DNA of 63,713 nucleotides, filler included, from Choristocarpus tenellus KU-1152 (Eukaryota > Protista > Phaeophyceae), in the NCBI GenBank assembly GCA_964200185.2. It is 11 parts of 11 records of this genome, joined end to end, with 100 filler letters (N's around TTAATTAATTAA, not from the genome) between each part and the next. Parts side by side here need not be neighbours in the genome. Positions count along the whole stretch, not along the records: positions 1 to 17,171 come from CAXNAD020000710.1; positions 17,272 to 20,521 come from CAXNAD020021266.1; positions 20,622 to 27,190 come from CAXNAD020007850.1; 8 more parts are not named here. One strand, 5' to 3'. Positions 14,801-27,190 of this stretch are shown here, one piece after another. Positions within the stretch are counted from its first letter, which is position 1, and every line of letters starts with the position of its first letter. The notes below the pieces were generated by a model. The model was not told where the DNA came from. It saw only the letters and a list, made by a program, of their open reading frames with translations, and ran no database searches. The translations under genes were made by a program, and so were the position numbers.

Positions 14801-16826
14801 CAGAAACAAGTATTTGACTAAAAAGATGTGAAAGATTAATTGCACTTGTCTGCTAGGGGCAATTACAAGGTTATCCTTTGGTGCTGGCTCTAAGCAGTGG
14901 CGTACTGTAGTGACTATATGAAGATGAGAGTACAGCACCAATGGTATGCTTGCATGTCATATTCTTGATTCACCTCACCATCAACAATCCCAGCTCTGTA
15001 GTGCCAAAGGAACAAGCCTTCCTTCACTACAAAAACCAGTATGCGGTGATCTCCGTAAACCCAACTTGTTTGCATTGTCCCAAAAGAGTATTCTTGTATT
15101 CTTGTCCCCTGTGATGGTTCTCTACACCCCTCTCATCTATTTTCAAAAAGTTACTACTAGTACATTCCATTGACTAAACTGGTGAGATGGGAGGGAAACT
15201 ACACAAAATAAATTCATCACCATTTCTCCATTTCCTCGGCAAGGGCTGTCAATTCCCTTCAACGTTCAATCCCCTTCCACTGACCTCACCTGCAAGTCCC
15301 ACAGCTTTACCAGGGATGTCCAAGACCCTGTAGCAACCATGCCCCCTGCAGGTGCCACCTGTAACATCCCCACAACCCAATCATGTGCGCACAATACAAT
15401 GGAGGCCAAGTGTATGTACAAGGTGAAGGAATAGGTAGTGCTGGCAGATGAGCTGACAAAAGAATGCAATGAAACAAATCTAACGAAAAAAATGTAACAA
15501 TTTTTTTTTGATAAAACAAGGAGTGGATGACTACGCCAGTGTACCCAAAGACACAAATAGGAAAGCTTTCAAAGGTCCATTCATTGACAATCCCAACTCA
15601 CACATGGGTAGTGTAGTGGTATACTAGTGTAGTGCTATACCGAACCCCAAATTCACTTCAACGTATATCGAACCAAGATTATTAATAGTGACGACGTGAA
15701 GAGCCAAGTAATCAGTGACAGGAGGCGGACATGGCCCACCACCAAAAATTACAGAAAAACCAAACACCTGAGTGTCACACTGACCCACCATTCGCTAATT
15801 ATTTCTTAACAAGTAGTATGATCACAATTAGTAATAAAGAGATGCAATCACCACACAACCTTACCAAGCTCCTAATCCTTAACCATCACTCAACAAATGA
15901 CAAACAAGAAAGTCAACACATGGACCTGCACTGTGCTCAGGGGGCGTTCGTCCCCAATCTGACTAGAGTTAATCACAAGATTCCTCGCAGTAGACATGAC
16001 CCCTGCCGCTCGACTGTCAAACGCCTTTGCCTCCTCTGGCAACTCCCGCCGCCTCTTGGCGCCCAACAAACGACCCTTGGCTCGGTCAAACGAGAAGGTG
16101 GCGATGAACGCCCTCGCCTGCCCAGGTGAGACAGGGTGCATATATGGGGCACTTGTGTAAGGATTGGTGCATTAACCGCAAGAATGACACAGCCAGTAGG
16201 GACAGGGGGGACAGGGTAGAGTAGGGGGAGTGCAGCATGCACCAGCAGAAGGTGAGGCATGACCCAAGTTGCAAGGAAGGGCCGTAGCAATATGTGTGAG
16301 TTTGTGGCATCTTTGTAGGTTATGCAATACTACCCTGCACTACAATGTATTGAGTGATCACTCTTATCCTTACGTGTGTACCAAGGGGAAGATGCTACAG
16401 TTAAAACATGACCCTCTCTAAGTGAACACACGACCATTATCTACTGATGGTCATATCATATCAAGTATCTTATCTCCCAACACCGAACAAAAGCTAACAT
16501 TCAAGAACCCTCTTCCCTCCCTACATCCTAACCAGCACTGTCTCCTCTACCACTCCCCCTCCCAAAAAGATACCAAAACATGCACTCCTGAGTTGTACCT
16601 GTGGGCATCCCACACACTTCATACTTTATTCCTTGCCCCTCACCTGTAGCAATGCATCTGACCCAGAAGTGTACACCACCCCTGCACTCTTCTTACCGGC
16701 ACCAGCCGCTCCACTTCCATCTCCAGCTTTCACCTCCCCCCTTACCTGTACACCTCTAGGCACCAGTGCTGGCTTGGGGGCCACCATTGCCTTCACTTTC
16801 TCCTGCTCCTCTACTTCTATCTCTCC
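2866..16826 (-). CDS. PRPF4: U4/U6 snRNP protein Prp4 (WD40), 11 visible exons, 5' end missing beyond the contig break
   Basis: GT-AG, phase-compatible exons: 16644-16826, 15926-16117, 15290-15358, 14130-14245, 12851-13025, 8844-8885, 8211-8309, 5413-5478, 4292-4368, 3552-3666, 2866-2961 (1230 nt, 409 aa plus TAG). Prp4-type peptides: [77 protein letters not shown]. Confidence 0.92.
7492..8174. mobile_element. Non-autonomous hAT-like element (MITE) in a PRP4 intron
   Basis: Perfect 8-bp TSD ACAAACAC (7484-7491, 8175-8182). Imperfect TIRs CACGGCTTTTCAC / rc CAGGGCTTTGCCAC. Internal CATG-rich subrepeats recur at 61075 and 62735. Confidence 0.75.
9640..10860 (-). mobile_element. Decayed plant-type mariner transposase in a PRP4 intron
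   Basis: Motifs HVDKTWFY, KHYITKVM, QQDGVKSH and QPANSPDLNTNDLGF (37 residues between the 2nd and 3rd Asp), split over frames. Boundaries approximate; TIRs not found. Confidence 0.85.
14698..14723. repeat. (CA)13 microsatellite
   Basis: Read directly from the sequence. Confidence 0.95.
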
Positions 16827-17171
16827 CTGGAGTAGTATTATCAATAAAATTAATAATAAACAAGAGTAGCAATCAAGTCACAAGGAAAGGTGTAGCATGC
16901 ATGTGAATTTTCTCTTTCTCAGTATGGAGCTAAGCAGTTTGTGGGGCATGAATTTCCAATGCGATAGGGCTTTGTGTAGTAAGAGAGGATGGCGAGGCGG
17001 AGGGGAGTCTGCTGGGGAGTGGGGGATCACGTGAGTTACTCTGGGTTATACTGATGGGATGAAACGCTTGACGAATCTTGTTCTTGGACTGATAACATGA
17101 GTACAAGAGGGACACTTTCCCTTCTCCTTCATCCACACCATATCTCATTCCTGCCCCCCTCAACTTTGTAC

Positions 17172-17271
17172 NNNNNNNNNNNNNNNNNNNNNNNNNNNNN
17201 NNNNNNNNNNNNNNNTTAATTAATTAANNNNNNNNNNNNNNNNNNNNNNNNNNNNNNNNNNNNNNNNNNNN
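17172..17271. other. Artificial contig linker (first of ten)
   Basis: N44-TTAATTAATTAA-N44, with stops in all six frames. Identical linkers at 20522-20621, 27191-27290, 32311-32410, 35101-35200, 42008-42107, 45376-45475, 48944-49043, 56405-56504, 59933-60032. Confidence 0.97.
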
Positions 17272-17330
17272 TTTGGTCTAAATGGACACCCTGGTGTAAC
17301 CCCCCCCCCTTCTCCCAGATACTTTGGGTC
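17272..17330 (-). mobile_element. Partial short-type CAAAGTATCT MITE at contig start
   Basis: AAATGGACACCCTGGTGTA...CAGATACTTTGGGTC is the reverse complement of the start of the 17405 copy. Confidence 0.8.
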
Positions 17331-17404
17331 ATTGAATAAAAATAAAATAAAAATAGTCTCTCAACAACGAAATACTGTCTTGCAAGACAGTTGTGTATCC
17401 AAAA

Positions 17405-17577
17405 GACCCAAAGTATCTTGGGGGGAGGGGAGTCTACACCAGGGTGTCCATTTGGAACTAAATCAGGAAAAGTGCATTTACTTTATCCGACGTATGCAAC
17501 CAAATCAACCAAAAATCGCGACATGAAAAAATCGATCCCAAATGGACAGCCGCTACCCCTCCCAGATACTTGGAGCC
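17405..17577 (+). mobile_element. Short-type (about 175 bp) MITE, 4-bp TSD, Sola-like
   Basis: GACCCAAAGTATCT...AGATACTTGGAGCC flanked by AAAA on both sides; closely similar to 34085-34263. Confidence 0.85.
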
Positions 17578-17799
17578 AAAATATCTGTAAATTTCCAAAA
17601 ATGCAGAGCAAAAAAAAATGTTTTTCGTGAGGCCTCACAACTTAGCACTTGTAACTAAGATTGAATTTGTGGCAAACAAATCAGTGCTACTTCACCTTGA
17701 TCTAGGGTGAGATATTAATACATATCTGGGCAAATGGAACGATCACGATTTCGATGTCACAGACATAACCACGTCTGGTCCTGTCTTCAACATGAAAAT

Positions 17800-18877
17800 G
17801 GGCATGGACAAGGACTAGCTAGTCTTATCATGAAATTTAGAAGGGGTTCTGTCAGGTCTGTATAATGTGGGATGAACTTTCGACAAAAATTGCATATACC
17901 AAGGATATAAACAAATGTCTTTGATTGTTTGAGGAGTGGGTAGGTCAACAATAGCTTGAATTGGACCCTTTTCCAAGACGTACCCCTGCACTAGAAACAA
18001 TATGACCAAGGTATTCAACTTACGCTGGACCAAACTTCAATTTAGAAGGTTTTAAAGTAAGGCCAGCATTTTGAAGGGCCATAAAAATCTTTTCAAGCAA
18101 AGCTATATGATGGTCCCAAGCGGCAGAACAAAGAATGAGATCATCCGTGTAACAAAGCAGACTTGACCCTGTGCTAAAATCAGATGGAGCTCGAGCCATC
18201 ATGCGTTGAAAAATAAATTGAGCATTGCTCAAACCAAAAGGAAGTCGTTTCCATACAAACTTGCCTTTATAGGTGACAAAAGCAGTCTTGTCAATGTCTG
18301 CTTTCGCCACAGGAATTTTGAATCAAAGTATCTTAGAGGGTAGGGCCGCGTCCATTTGGGGACCAAAATCCAATGTTGTGATTTTGATGTAATTTTGACT
18401 TTGTTTTTGTTAGTATGTGTCAACATCCTTGTTTCGGACACACCTTTTCATAACATATACATTTTACCTACTCTGAAACAATTAGGAGTATGAAATGTCA
18501 TAAAATAACTCATGGGAAGCCAAGCCCTAAATGGACAAACAGGGCAAAACTCGTACCCTCTAAGATACTTTCACTCTTTTATGATATGATGATATTGAAC
18601 ATCTGCAAACGAAAGGAATTTTTGTTGCACCCAATAGAACCAAGATGTTCTTCAGCTAAGTGCATGGGCCAAGAACGTTTAATTCGGTGTTTATTTATGG
18701 TCCTTCGATATTCAATGCAGAATCTTGGGGTCTCATCTGCTTTGGCAACGATAGTAACAGGGGAACCCCATGGACTAGAACGAGCTTCAATTAGTACTTG
18801 GTTTTGTAATTCTTCAACACATTTATCAATAATACCTCTAACATGTGGATTGGTTCAATATGGTGCCCGACTAGATG
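17800..18877 (-). mobile_element. Ty3/gypsy reverse transcriptase remnant, interrupted by a MITE
   Basis: SSPWGSPVTIVAKADETPRFCIEYR, YHKIPVAKADIDKTAFVT, RLPFGLSNA, CYTDDLIL, GLTLKPSK, VEYLGHIV; contains stops and frameshifts. Confidence 0.9.
18320..18576 (+). mobile_element. Long-type (about 255 bp) MITE, 4-bp TSD, Sola-like
   Basis: TIRs GAATCAAAGTATCTTAGAGGGTA / TACCCTCTAAGATACTTTCACTC; TSD TTTT. Removing the element and one TSD restores the RT peptide YHKIPV. Confidence 0.9.
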
Positions 18878-20190
18878 GTCTTTTCCGTCCTTCATACACA
18901 CGTACAGAATTTGCAGTGTTAGAGCCTTAACTATCACAGTTCTTTGTTTGAGCGCCAGAAATGGGCGTCGTCTGTATTTCCTGGGTGAGTTATATATTTT
19001 TTCATCAAGGCGCAAGGGCGAGGCAGGACAGCCTTGAGCTGATCGAAAATTGTGTCGATTTCTCGAACGAATGCAGGCGGGGAGAAAACCTTAATCAACT
19101 TTATACGTCCAACCCTAAGTCCAGGAACAAAAGTGAATGTACGGCATCTTGGAAGGAGTCGAAGACACCAAACCATTGGAGTGCAAATAATCTCAATCTC
19201 ACCTCCTCTCCTTCCCTGGTGTCCTTGCTGATGGTTTCCTCCACCTGCTTCGCGACCTCTTCTAAGTAAAGGATTTGGTGGTATGGAAAAGTCTCCACAG
19301 CTGAGTTTGTTACAATCACTTTCTCCCCCGCCTTGCGAGCCCTTTCAACCTTCTTTCGGGCTTCAGAGCCCTTGTAGCCCAACCCTAACACCTTCTTTCT
19401 CGTTTCCTTAAGCTGCTCTGACTCGCATAGCTTCCAAACAACCAGGGCCTGCTGCAACTGTGGACTACTAAGATATTCTACACCTAGGTTTTTGCTTAGG
19501 TGTTTCCTGAGCGCAATGGCACGCAGTCACACTGCTCTCTTCCTCAATCTTCCGTTCGGGCGGCCACCCCGGTTCTCCCTTCTGTCACCGTGACCAAGTT
19601 TCCCCAGAGACTTCGTCACTGTACCGCCTGGTAATGGACTCGCCACTCTCTTCCTGCTTTCCCAAGGCGGCAGAGACTGCGGAGGAGTGCTCTGCATCGG
19701 TTGAAGATCCAATCACCTTTGTGTGGTAATGCTTTCAATGCATCTTCTCTTAGCATCAGCGTCACGGCCCCATGATCCTCTTCGCGATTTGATTATGCTG
19801 CTACGCCACACTACTTGCACTTTCTCGTCACCTAACGTCGCACTGAGTGTCACACAGTACTTTCTTTTCCATCGCCTCTCGACAGAGAAGGTGCCGAGGG
19901 TGGATCCAGGGTGAAGAGTGGCCTCGGTGACTCTCCTTGTCCCACCGTTGTGGTTCATGTTGCTGTGTAAGTCACACGTGTGTGTGCTCACAGAAAGTCT
20001 GCCAAAGGCGTTAAAAGATGTCCCGAAATTTTGATTTTTTTTTCGGTATCTCTACACTGGTCAAACTTGGGCATCGATGTTCCCCAGACCAGTGCTTTGC
20101 AAGGAGTTCAGTCAACCACTTCATTTTTGTCCGTTTTGAAGTCGTGACCTTCACAGTTGCGACGGAGATATTCCCTCCCGTTTTTTTCCA
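18878..20190 (-). mobile_element. Decayed copy 1 of an unassigned repeated ORF (probable transposase N-terminal region)
   Basis: Colinear with 39262-40560, e.g. LKETRKKVLGLGYKGSEARKKVERARKA vs LRETRKKVLGLGYKGSEVRKKVERARKA. Confidence 0.7.
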
Positions 20191-21144
20191 TTACAGTGGG
20201 TTACCCGATTTTGGGCCAAATATTATGAACCAAATCAATAAAAATCATTTTTGTACCGCTTTTTATCGACATGCTCAAAAATAGGATTTTGTACCGGAAT
20301 TCTCGGGCGATTTGGCACAAAATCGGGGAGATATTCACCCGAGTTTGGCGCGCACGTAAAATTTCTCGCGAAAAGTGCCCTTCTTCCTGAGTCATGCTAC
20401 CATACAGCAGTACAATACGTTGCTGGTAGGGGCATAAAGTGGAAGCCATGCCTTGTGCAGTGGGAAACCTCTGCAAGATGCCTTCAAACACACCGGGTAC
20501 GCCTTTCTACACAATCCACAANNNNNNNNNNNNNNNNNNNNNNNNNNNNNNNNNNNNNNNNNNNNTTAATTAATTAANNNNNNNNNNNNNNNNNNNNNNN
20601 NNNNNNNNNNNNNNNNNNNNNAACTCACCGCCCGACAACCAACCCTACCATTCACACCAACCCTCCAGCTTATTGCTGGTGTGTCTGATGTGGCATTTGA
20701 ATAAAACTCCTCAGCACAATACCACAGCAGTCACTTGACACAATCTTCTCGTCTTCACCACCCACGCATCCTCACTCCATCAAACCTTGCACATGTACAG
20801 GTCAACAGGTTGCTTCATCATCCCTCCTCCCCCCTGACTATAGCAACAGCACTATTCTCCAGTCTACCTCCCGACACACACACTGGCCTGTTCTCACCAT
20901 GCACCCCAGTCCTCATGTGGGTGCACCCTTGGTAGCAAATCATTCACCACCATACTAAGTACGATAACACAAATAACATCCAGAAATTGCTTGGAAGATT
21001 GACGGAGGCTTGGATATCGGTGGAGTGATTCGGATCCTGTGGCAGTCACCTGTGTCCACCCCCACCAACAGTCATACATATTTCTTGATTCTTGATAGAG
21101 TTACCCGCAGGATACGAAACAACAAGAGCAATTGAGTTCAAACT

Positions 21145-24032
21145 TCACTTGTCCCTCACACAGACACACAGATACATATCATGCAATTGAACTTTGAGTG
21201 AGGTAATTGCCCGTTTTTTCTTAGATTGTGACTTTTCCATTTGATATGGAAACAAGAAGTCCCCAACTCCTCCACCCTCGAGAATACTCCCTTCCTCGTA
21301 ATTGCAACGAGGTGTCGCCCTTAGATTCATATTTTGTTCCTCCTTGGGCATCTCCGCTGCTGCTGCCTGGTGGGGTAGCTAGAGCAATGTAGACGAGTCA
21401 TTGTGCGTATGTGTACGCATGCACACATAGTGAGTGCATGCAGACAATGTAGTGTCTTAATTTGGTACAGTGAAGCGAGGGCAGGGTGCAGTTTGCAGGA
21501 CAGATAACACCTTTGGCCCGGTGTAGATTATTTGCGTTATTTTTACTGTTTAAAATATTGCTGTCTGCACAATAACACGACACCCTTCAATCTTGCAACT
21601 GATATGATCACTACTCCTGCGTGTGTACGTGAATCAGGATTGAAAATGTTGGGAAAGCTTAGATGGAAGAGACCGCTTAACAGTTCTGTCCTATGTGTTT
21701 GTGTCACATATAATGCCAATGATTCCATTCATAAGAGGCTGCCAAACCGTCCTGTTTTACAGCGATTTTTTCCCAATAATATCTGAAATCATTTGTTTTT
21801 TTTCGACAACAGTCGCCAAGCTCAAACGATGATGTGAATACGGATATATTAGTGTGTGCGCGCGCATTGGCTCCGTCTACTAAGTGCGAGAGAAATATAT
21901 CAAAGGAAATGTCAATGCTTCTAATTACAGAGCAACTCGATATGTGATAACGCTAGTGATGTCCTTCCTGTTATTGGGTACTAGTGCATTATGTTAAAGT
22001 ATCCCCAAAAATACTGCAGGTAACACAAGCCAGTACTTATCTCAATTTAGGATGGGGGTAGGGGAGATTAATAACCCATGCCGAGGTGTCACAGAACATG
22101 TACAATGGAAACATTTTGTTGTGGAAGGCGAAGCTTCTCTTGACTGGGGTATTCATACTACTGTTTCGGTATTTTAATTATCAGCTATCAAACATTGCAC
22201 AGGAGACTTAGGAGGACCAACAATAGCACCCAGAGAGCAGAGCCAAAGTATCTTAGAGGGTAGAGCCGCGTCTATTTGGGGGGCAAAATCCAATGTTGCG
22301 ATTTTGATGTAATGTTGACCATTGTGTTTGGTAGGAGGTGTCGAACACACCTTTTTATATGATACATACTTTACCTACTCCTAAAAATATTGAAATAGGA
22401 AAATATAATAAAATAACTCAAGGGAAGTGAAGCCCTAAATGGACGAAGAGGGCAAAACCCGTACCGTCTAAGATACTTTCGCTCAGCAGCAGTAACAACA
22501 ACGTAGCTCGAGGTATTTTACTCTATGATTTGAAGCACCTGGAGAAATTGGGACGACATATATAAACAGAAGAAAGAGGCAAAGTAAGCTTTTTAAACAT
22601 ACCAGAACAAAGACATCATTCTAGTCCTTACATTATCCTCCTGAGCCTATCCGGCATTCTCTTGGGCCTGCTTCTTCTGCTTGTTCTCCCTTTGCCTGGC
22701 CCTCTTGGCGTGGTTTGCCGCGGTCTTTTTCGATACTGCCTCCTCCTGCAAAGCACCATATTCACCAGTGACACGGAAGGAGAGCAATTGAACATGTAGA
22801 GAGGTAGAGGGCAGGATGTCACAGACAGCGGGTTTAGACAAAAGAAATGATCTGGATGTCACCTTGATCCAATGTGCAAGTTTGTAAAAAAATAACGACT
22901 GTATAAAGTACTGAAGACGTGCTACTGTTTTTGACACAATCTACCGTGAGCAGCTTGTCAGAGTTGTTAATGGCACGAAGGATACTGCAGTAGTGCTACC
23001 GAAATAAAGTGAAGGAGGTAATCAATAATCAAACCCTCTATCCATACCCAACATCCCACATACACAACCATATACTACAACTTCCAAACCGCATAATAAC
23101 TGCAGTTCGCAACAATATACTACATAGTGCTCAGTAGTAGTACATATACTCTTAGGAACATCCTTTAGTGTTTTACGAGCCAGTAGAGTGGTGTAGTATG
23201 AGCAGTAAAATAGAGTATGACAATTGGGTGACTCGATGAGTGTCGCTGTGCATGCTGCTTTCCCCTTGGTTTGTCCTCTCACATAGGGCAGTCCAGCCCT
23301 GTGCCCTGTCCAATTATCATGCTAGTAGTTGACACCTGCGCGCAAGGCACTACTGTTCTACTTTAATGTCACACAAAGTACAGAAACTGCTGGAGGCTGG
23401 AGGCTGATACGGGGTGTGTGTGACAAGTAGTTCTGGGAGAAGCTCTATCAAAGTATTTTGCTCAGTAGGAGGATACTACAGAATCATTATAGAGGCTGGA
23501 GGAAAGTTGATCATCAGTATCGCGCTCTCACTCATACATAGGCCAGTACTGATAGCAGCCTAGCAATGTGAGAAAAAACTTGAAAAAGGTCAACCATGGT
23601 CTATTGGTGTAGCTTTGCCTATATCAAGTCGGATGGTCTGCTTTGCTATACATCAATATTTTGGAAGATATCCTCAGCCCAGAGGGTGACCCACTCAACG
23701 ACAGGTGCTCTCCAATTAACAAAGTGACCTCCCTGCTACGACTCAGGGACAAATGAAAACAGACGCGATACTCCAGACTTTAGCCCTGTGACAAAATAAA
23801 AAGGTGGGAACAACGATGCAAAAATAATCTTCCAGAATAGGGCGTTGGAGGGTGGCAGCATATTGTTTTTACTACCTTGGTGGTTGCTTCACATTCCTGT
23901 AGCTTCTGCTTCCGTATGTCTGCTTCATTCTGCATGGAAGCCTCGTTCCAAATGTTCTGGCCCCATCCTGGAAAGAGTTGATCAGCTTCGTATGACACAT
24001 CTTCTATCTCCTCGACAATCACATCCTCCACC
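21145..24032 (-). pseudogene. Hypothetical spliced gene with an in-frame TAG
   Basis: Phase-compatible GT-AG exons 23876-24032, 22632-22745 and 21145-21366 encode a charged low-complexity protein; TAG at 22647-22649 lies inside the middle exon. No family recognised. Confidence 0.35.
22240..22484 (+). mobile_element. Long-type MITE, 4-bp TSD
   Basis: GAGCCAAAGTATCTTAGAGGGTA...TCTAAGATACTTTCGCTC; TSD AGCA (22236-22239, 22485-22488). Confidence 0.9.
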
Positions 24033-26417
24033 CTATGTGGAGCAGGGACATAGGTAGGAATATAGGTATGAAGGGTTGAGGGGTGATATTGTAAGGAATC
24101 AAGCAGTCGTCAATGAGATGTATGATGCCATTACAATCAATTCAAGAACAAGTACTAAAAATGTCTGTCAACCAACTACACTGTGAAGTATTGCACTAGA
24201 GTCAAGATGAGGAGTTTGTTTCTTCTAAACTTACACATTGAAGTATAACATGATTATCTCCCTGCACGATGTATAGAATTGCCTAGACAACACAATGAGA
24301 AAACCTCGTTGTTGTGAACCGTGATAATTCAAACTGTGTTCATTGTTTGAATAACCAAAGACTAAACGGGATTGAAATGGAGACTTCTTGATTAGTCGTT
24401 AATTTTTAGTTTTTCTCAACAGTATTCACAATATTATATGCAGTAGTTTCCATTTGCACTGACTGCCTCCGTACCACAGTGCACATTATGTAAGCATGTA
24501 CTTTTCATGTTCCTGTATCCAATTCCATATCTATTCATTTGCTGGTGCTCAGGTATGGACTATCTCATCTCATTGCGATGTTTTGGTGGCATCACTGTTT
24601 TGAGGTATGAGATTTACGTTCTATACTGTGTGGTGGGGGGTGGAGGGGGGGCTTGGTCTTGGGAGACAGAAAACGACTTTTAAAGTGAGTGAGAAGTGTG
24701 CCTCAGGAAAGTTTGGTTTTGGAACGTACTAGAAGTATATTCTACAAACGATAGGTTATTGCACATGTGTGCCATACCACCTTAAAACGTAGTATATTTT
24801 GTTATAAAAGGTAAGTGTGTGACTTTGACTTGGATCTATTATTCGCCACCACCAAGTAGCATTGTGAAGAAATTTTTACATCCTTTTTCACTGACATAGT
24901 GGTAAGTAAATTGTGTAGAAAGACAATATGCGCTTTCTGAGCGATTTATGTTGAAGTATTTAACGTTTTGACATGTTTCAGTAATGCTTTTTATTGCCTT
25001 GAACAAAATTGTAGGGTTAGCATATTGCACACGAATACTTATGTACACATATATAGTACTTCACAAATGCACTGTGAATCGCACTGCAGAGACAGTGGTG
25101 GGTACAAGCGGCAAAAAATGCATATTTTCTGTCGAGGTTAAGCTTCCAAGTTCGAATACAAATTTAACCAACTGCAAAACGATCTACTACTACTACGTAG
25201 TACGCAAGGCATTGACAGGGTCGTTGCCATTTTGAATCCAGACCACAGACTGGAGTGTAGGCCAGGCAAAGGAGCGAATCATCCGGCCAAGGGCATATAT
25301 TTCTCTCCCCCCAGGTTATTTGACTGGGGGCTGTGTTCTGAATTGTAACGATTCAATTTGCTTTTACTTGGTCTTAATCGTTTCCACTCCATTATAATGG
25401 TGTATTTTATTATCACGCATATGCACGCAGCAAGATCCACTCTAAGAAGCTCAGCGTTCCCCACACCCCCCTCACCATGGTGTTTTCACTCCCTCACGTC
25501 TTGCGCTGAATGTGGACTCTTTGATTATATTATCGGATCGTTTCAAGTTTTTTTGTAAGTATATGCCGTAGAATACTCCCTATTATGTCGATTCTCAACA
25601 TACCTCTTTTTTGCTCGAAATATGTGTGGGTAATTTATATTTACGTATATAAAGCCATTGTTTTCATCTAGTTTTTCAGGCACAATTCTTTCAATTTCTC
25701 GAGACCCTCAAAAGTTGGACCACGTCGGGTTATCCCGTCAGTGTTGAACAACAAAATTCCGAGCCACTTGTGGCCAACGATATAGTAGAAGTCTAGTATA
25801 GGTAAAATAGGGTATGGTATACCGTCGAAAACATCACAAACTACACACCCAATTTGTTCGACAACAAATGCAACGATATATATAGGAAGCAGCACTTCTT
25901 GTTTATTATATAGGAAGGTGTTCTGCTATTATTTAAAATACATCACAACTACAGAATAACACACTACTGTGATTATTACGGAGTGAAGGAATAGTTGGGC
26001 TGCCGTATGACCCATATAACTTCAGCAATTCTTCCTCAAATCGGACAATGTATGGATGAGGTCAAAGCTGAGAGCAAGGGGCATCTGGTGGTATGAAGGG
26101 AAGAATTAATCATGACAAGTAGCACAGGTTTGGAAGCTGGTGCATTTAGATTCTTGCAATGGGGAGGAAAAAGCAGAGATGATTCAAGGTTTTACATTAG
26201 AGGCAGCATATATTGGCAGAGAGCGTATGTAATGTTAATGTGCTTATCAGCGTATTGGTGGTGCTATTGGGAGTGCGACTCAAGAAAATACATGTAGAAT
26301 TTGCCTTAGGTGTAAAAGTAAAGTATTTTGAAGTATTTAACGTAGAAGGCACGAAACTTTATGCGAGCATATACACTTGACGCATTCTGCTCAAGCCAGA
26401 AATGGCACTAAATAATA

Positions 26418-27126
26418 CTCCCTCTGCCCCGTAAGTCTGAGTCGTTGAGTTGTAGCTCTTTGGGACGACCTCCGATTACATCACGGACTCTTGCGTTGGA
26501 TTCCTTGAGTATTTTTAATTAAATCAGTAAATTTCAAAGAAATCTCTACGAAGAAATCTGTTTTGATATGGTTTCGAAAGAATTGAACACCATATTCTTA
26601 TCATTTTTTTATGTTCCCGCTACAGCGTGGAGCCGTATAACGCTATCACAACCTCTGTGGAGAGCCCCCACAGCCTGTCGTCCCTGGCATGAAGCCCACC
26701 GTCTCGGGGAAAGAGCTGCGAGCATACCGAGGAAGGTCAGACTACACTTGCTCTGCATTACTCTTTGACTCATCCTTCCTCCGGGTCATGATAAGCTCCC
26801 GAGAGGTGTGGGGTCTATATTCGAGAAAGAGTTGGGATTGGGAGAGAGACGCCCTAGATGGGTGTGGACGTGCGTCAAAGAACATTTAGAGAAGGGGAAT
26901 ACTGTCTCCCTGAAATCATTAGCACGATCTGGATGGCCATCGAACTTTACACCAATGAAACAAGCGAAGATCCGGGAAGTCAGCACCAGTAATCGCACGC
27001 TGACTATCGATCAACTTTCCGCCAAGCTCGCCAAACGGGCCTCGCAGCCAGCAGCTCAAAGCTTCGTTGCTGGCTCGAATCCATGGGGGCAATGAGGGTT
27101 CAGCGGTGCATCACCCTTAGCCTTTT
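26418..27126 (+). mobile_element. 5' part of a plant-type mariner transposon
   Basis: TA followed by TIR CTCCCTCTGCCCCGTAAGTCTG. ORF ARSGWPSNFTPMKQAKIREVSTSNR is homologous to ARSGWSSELTPAKMAAIHRVNSDNR at about 49200. Cut by a MITE and the linker. Confidence 0.75.
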
Positions 27127-27190
27127 GGCTCAAAGTATCTGGGAGGGGGTGGCGGCTGTCCATTTGGGGTCAATTTTTTCATGTCGCGAT
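27127..27190 (-). mobile_element. Partial short-type MITE at contig end
   Basis: GGCTCAAAGTATCTGGGAGGGGGTGGCGGCTGTCCATTTGGGG is the reverse complement of the end of the 34085 copy. Confidence 0.85.

Noticed and set aside
17216-17227. TTAATTAATTAA repeated ten times as a possible biological repeat or CRISPR-like array
   Set aside because: Always centred in 44+44 Ns; an assembly linker. ORFs running into X residues are artefacts.
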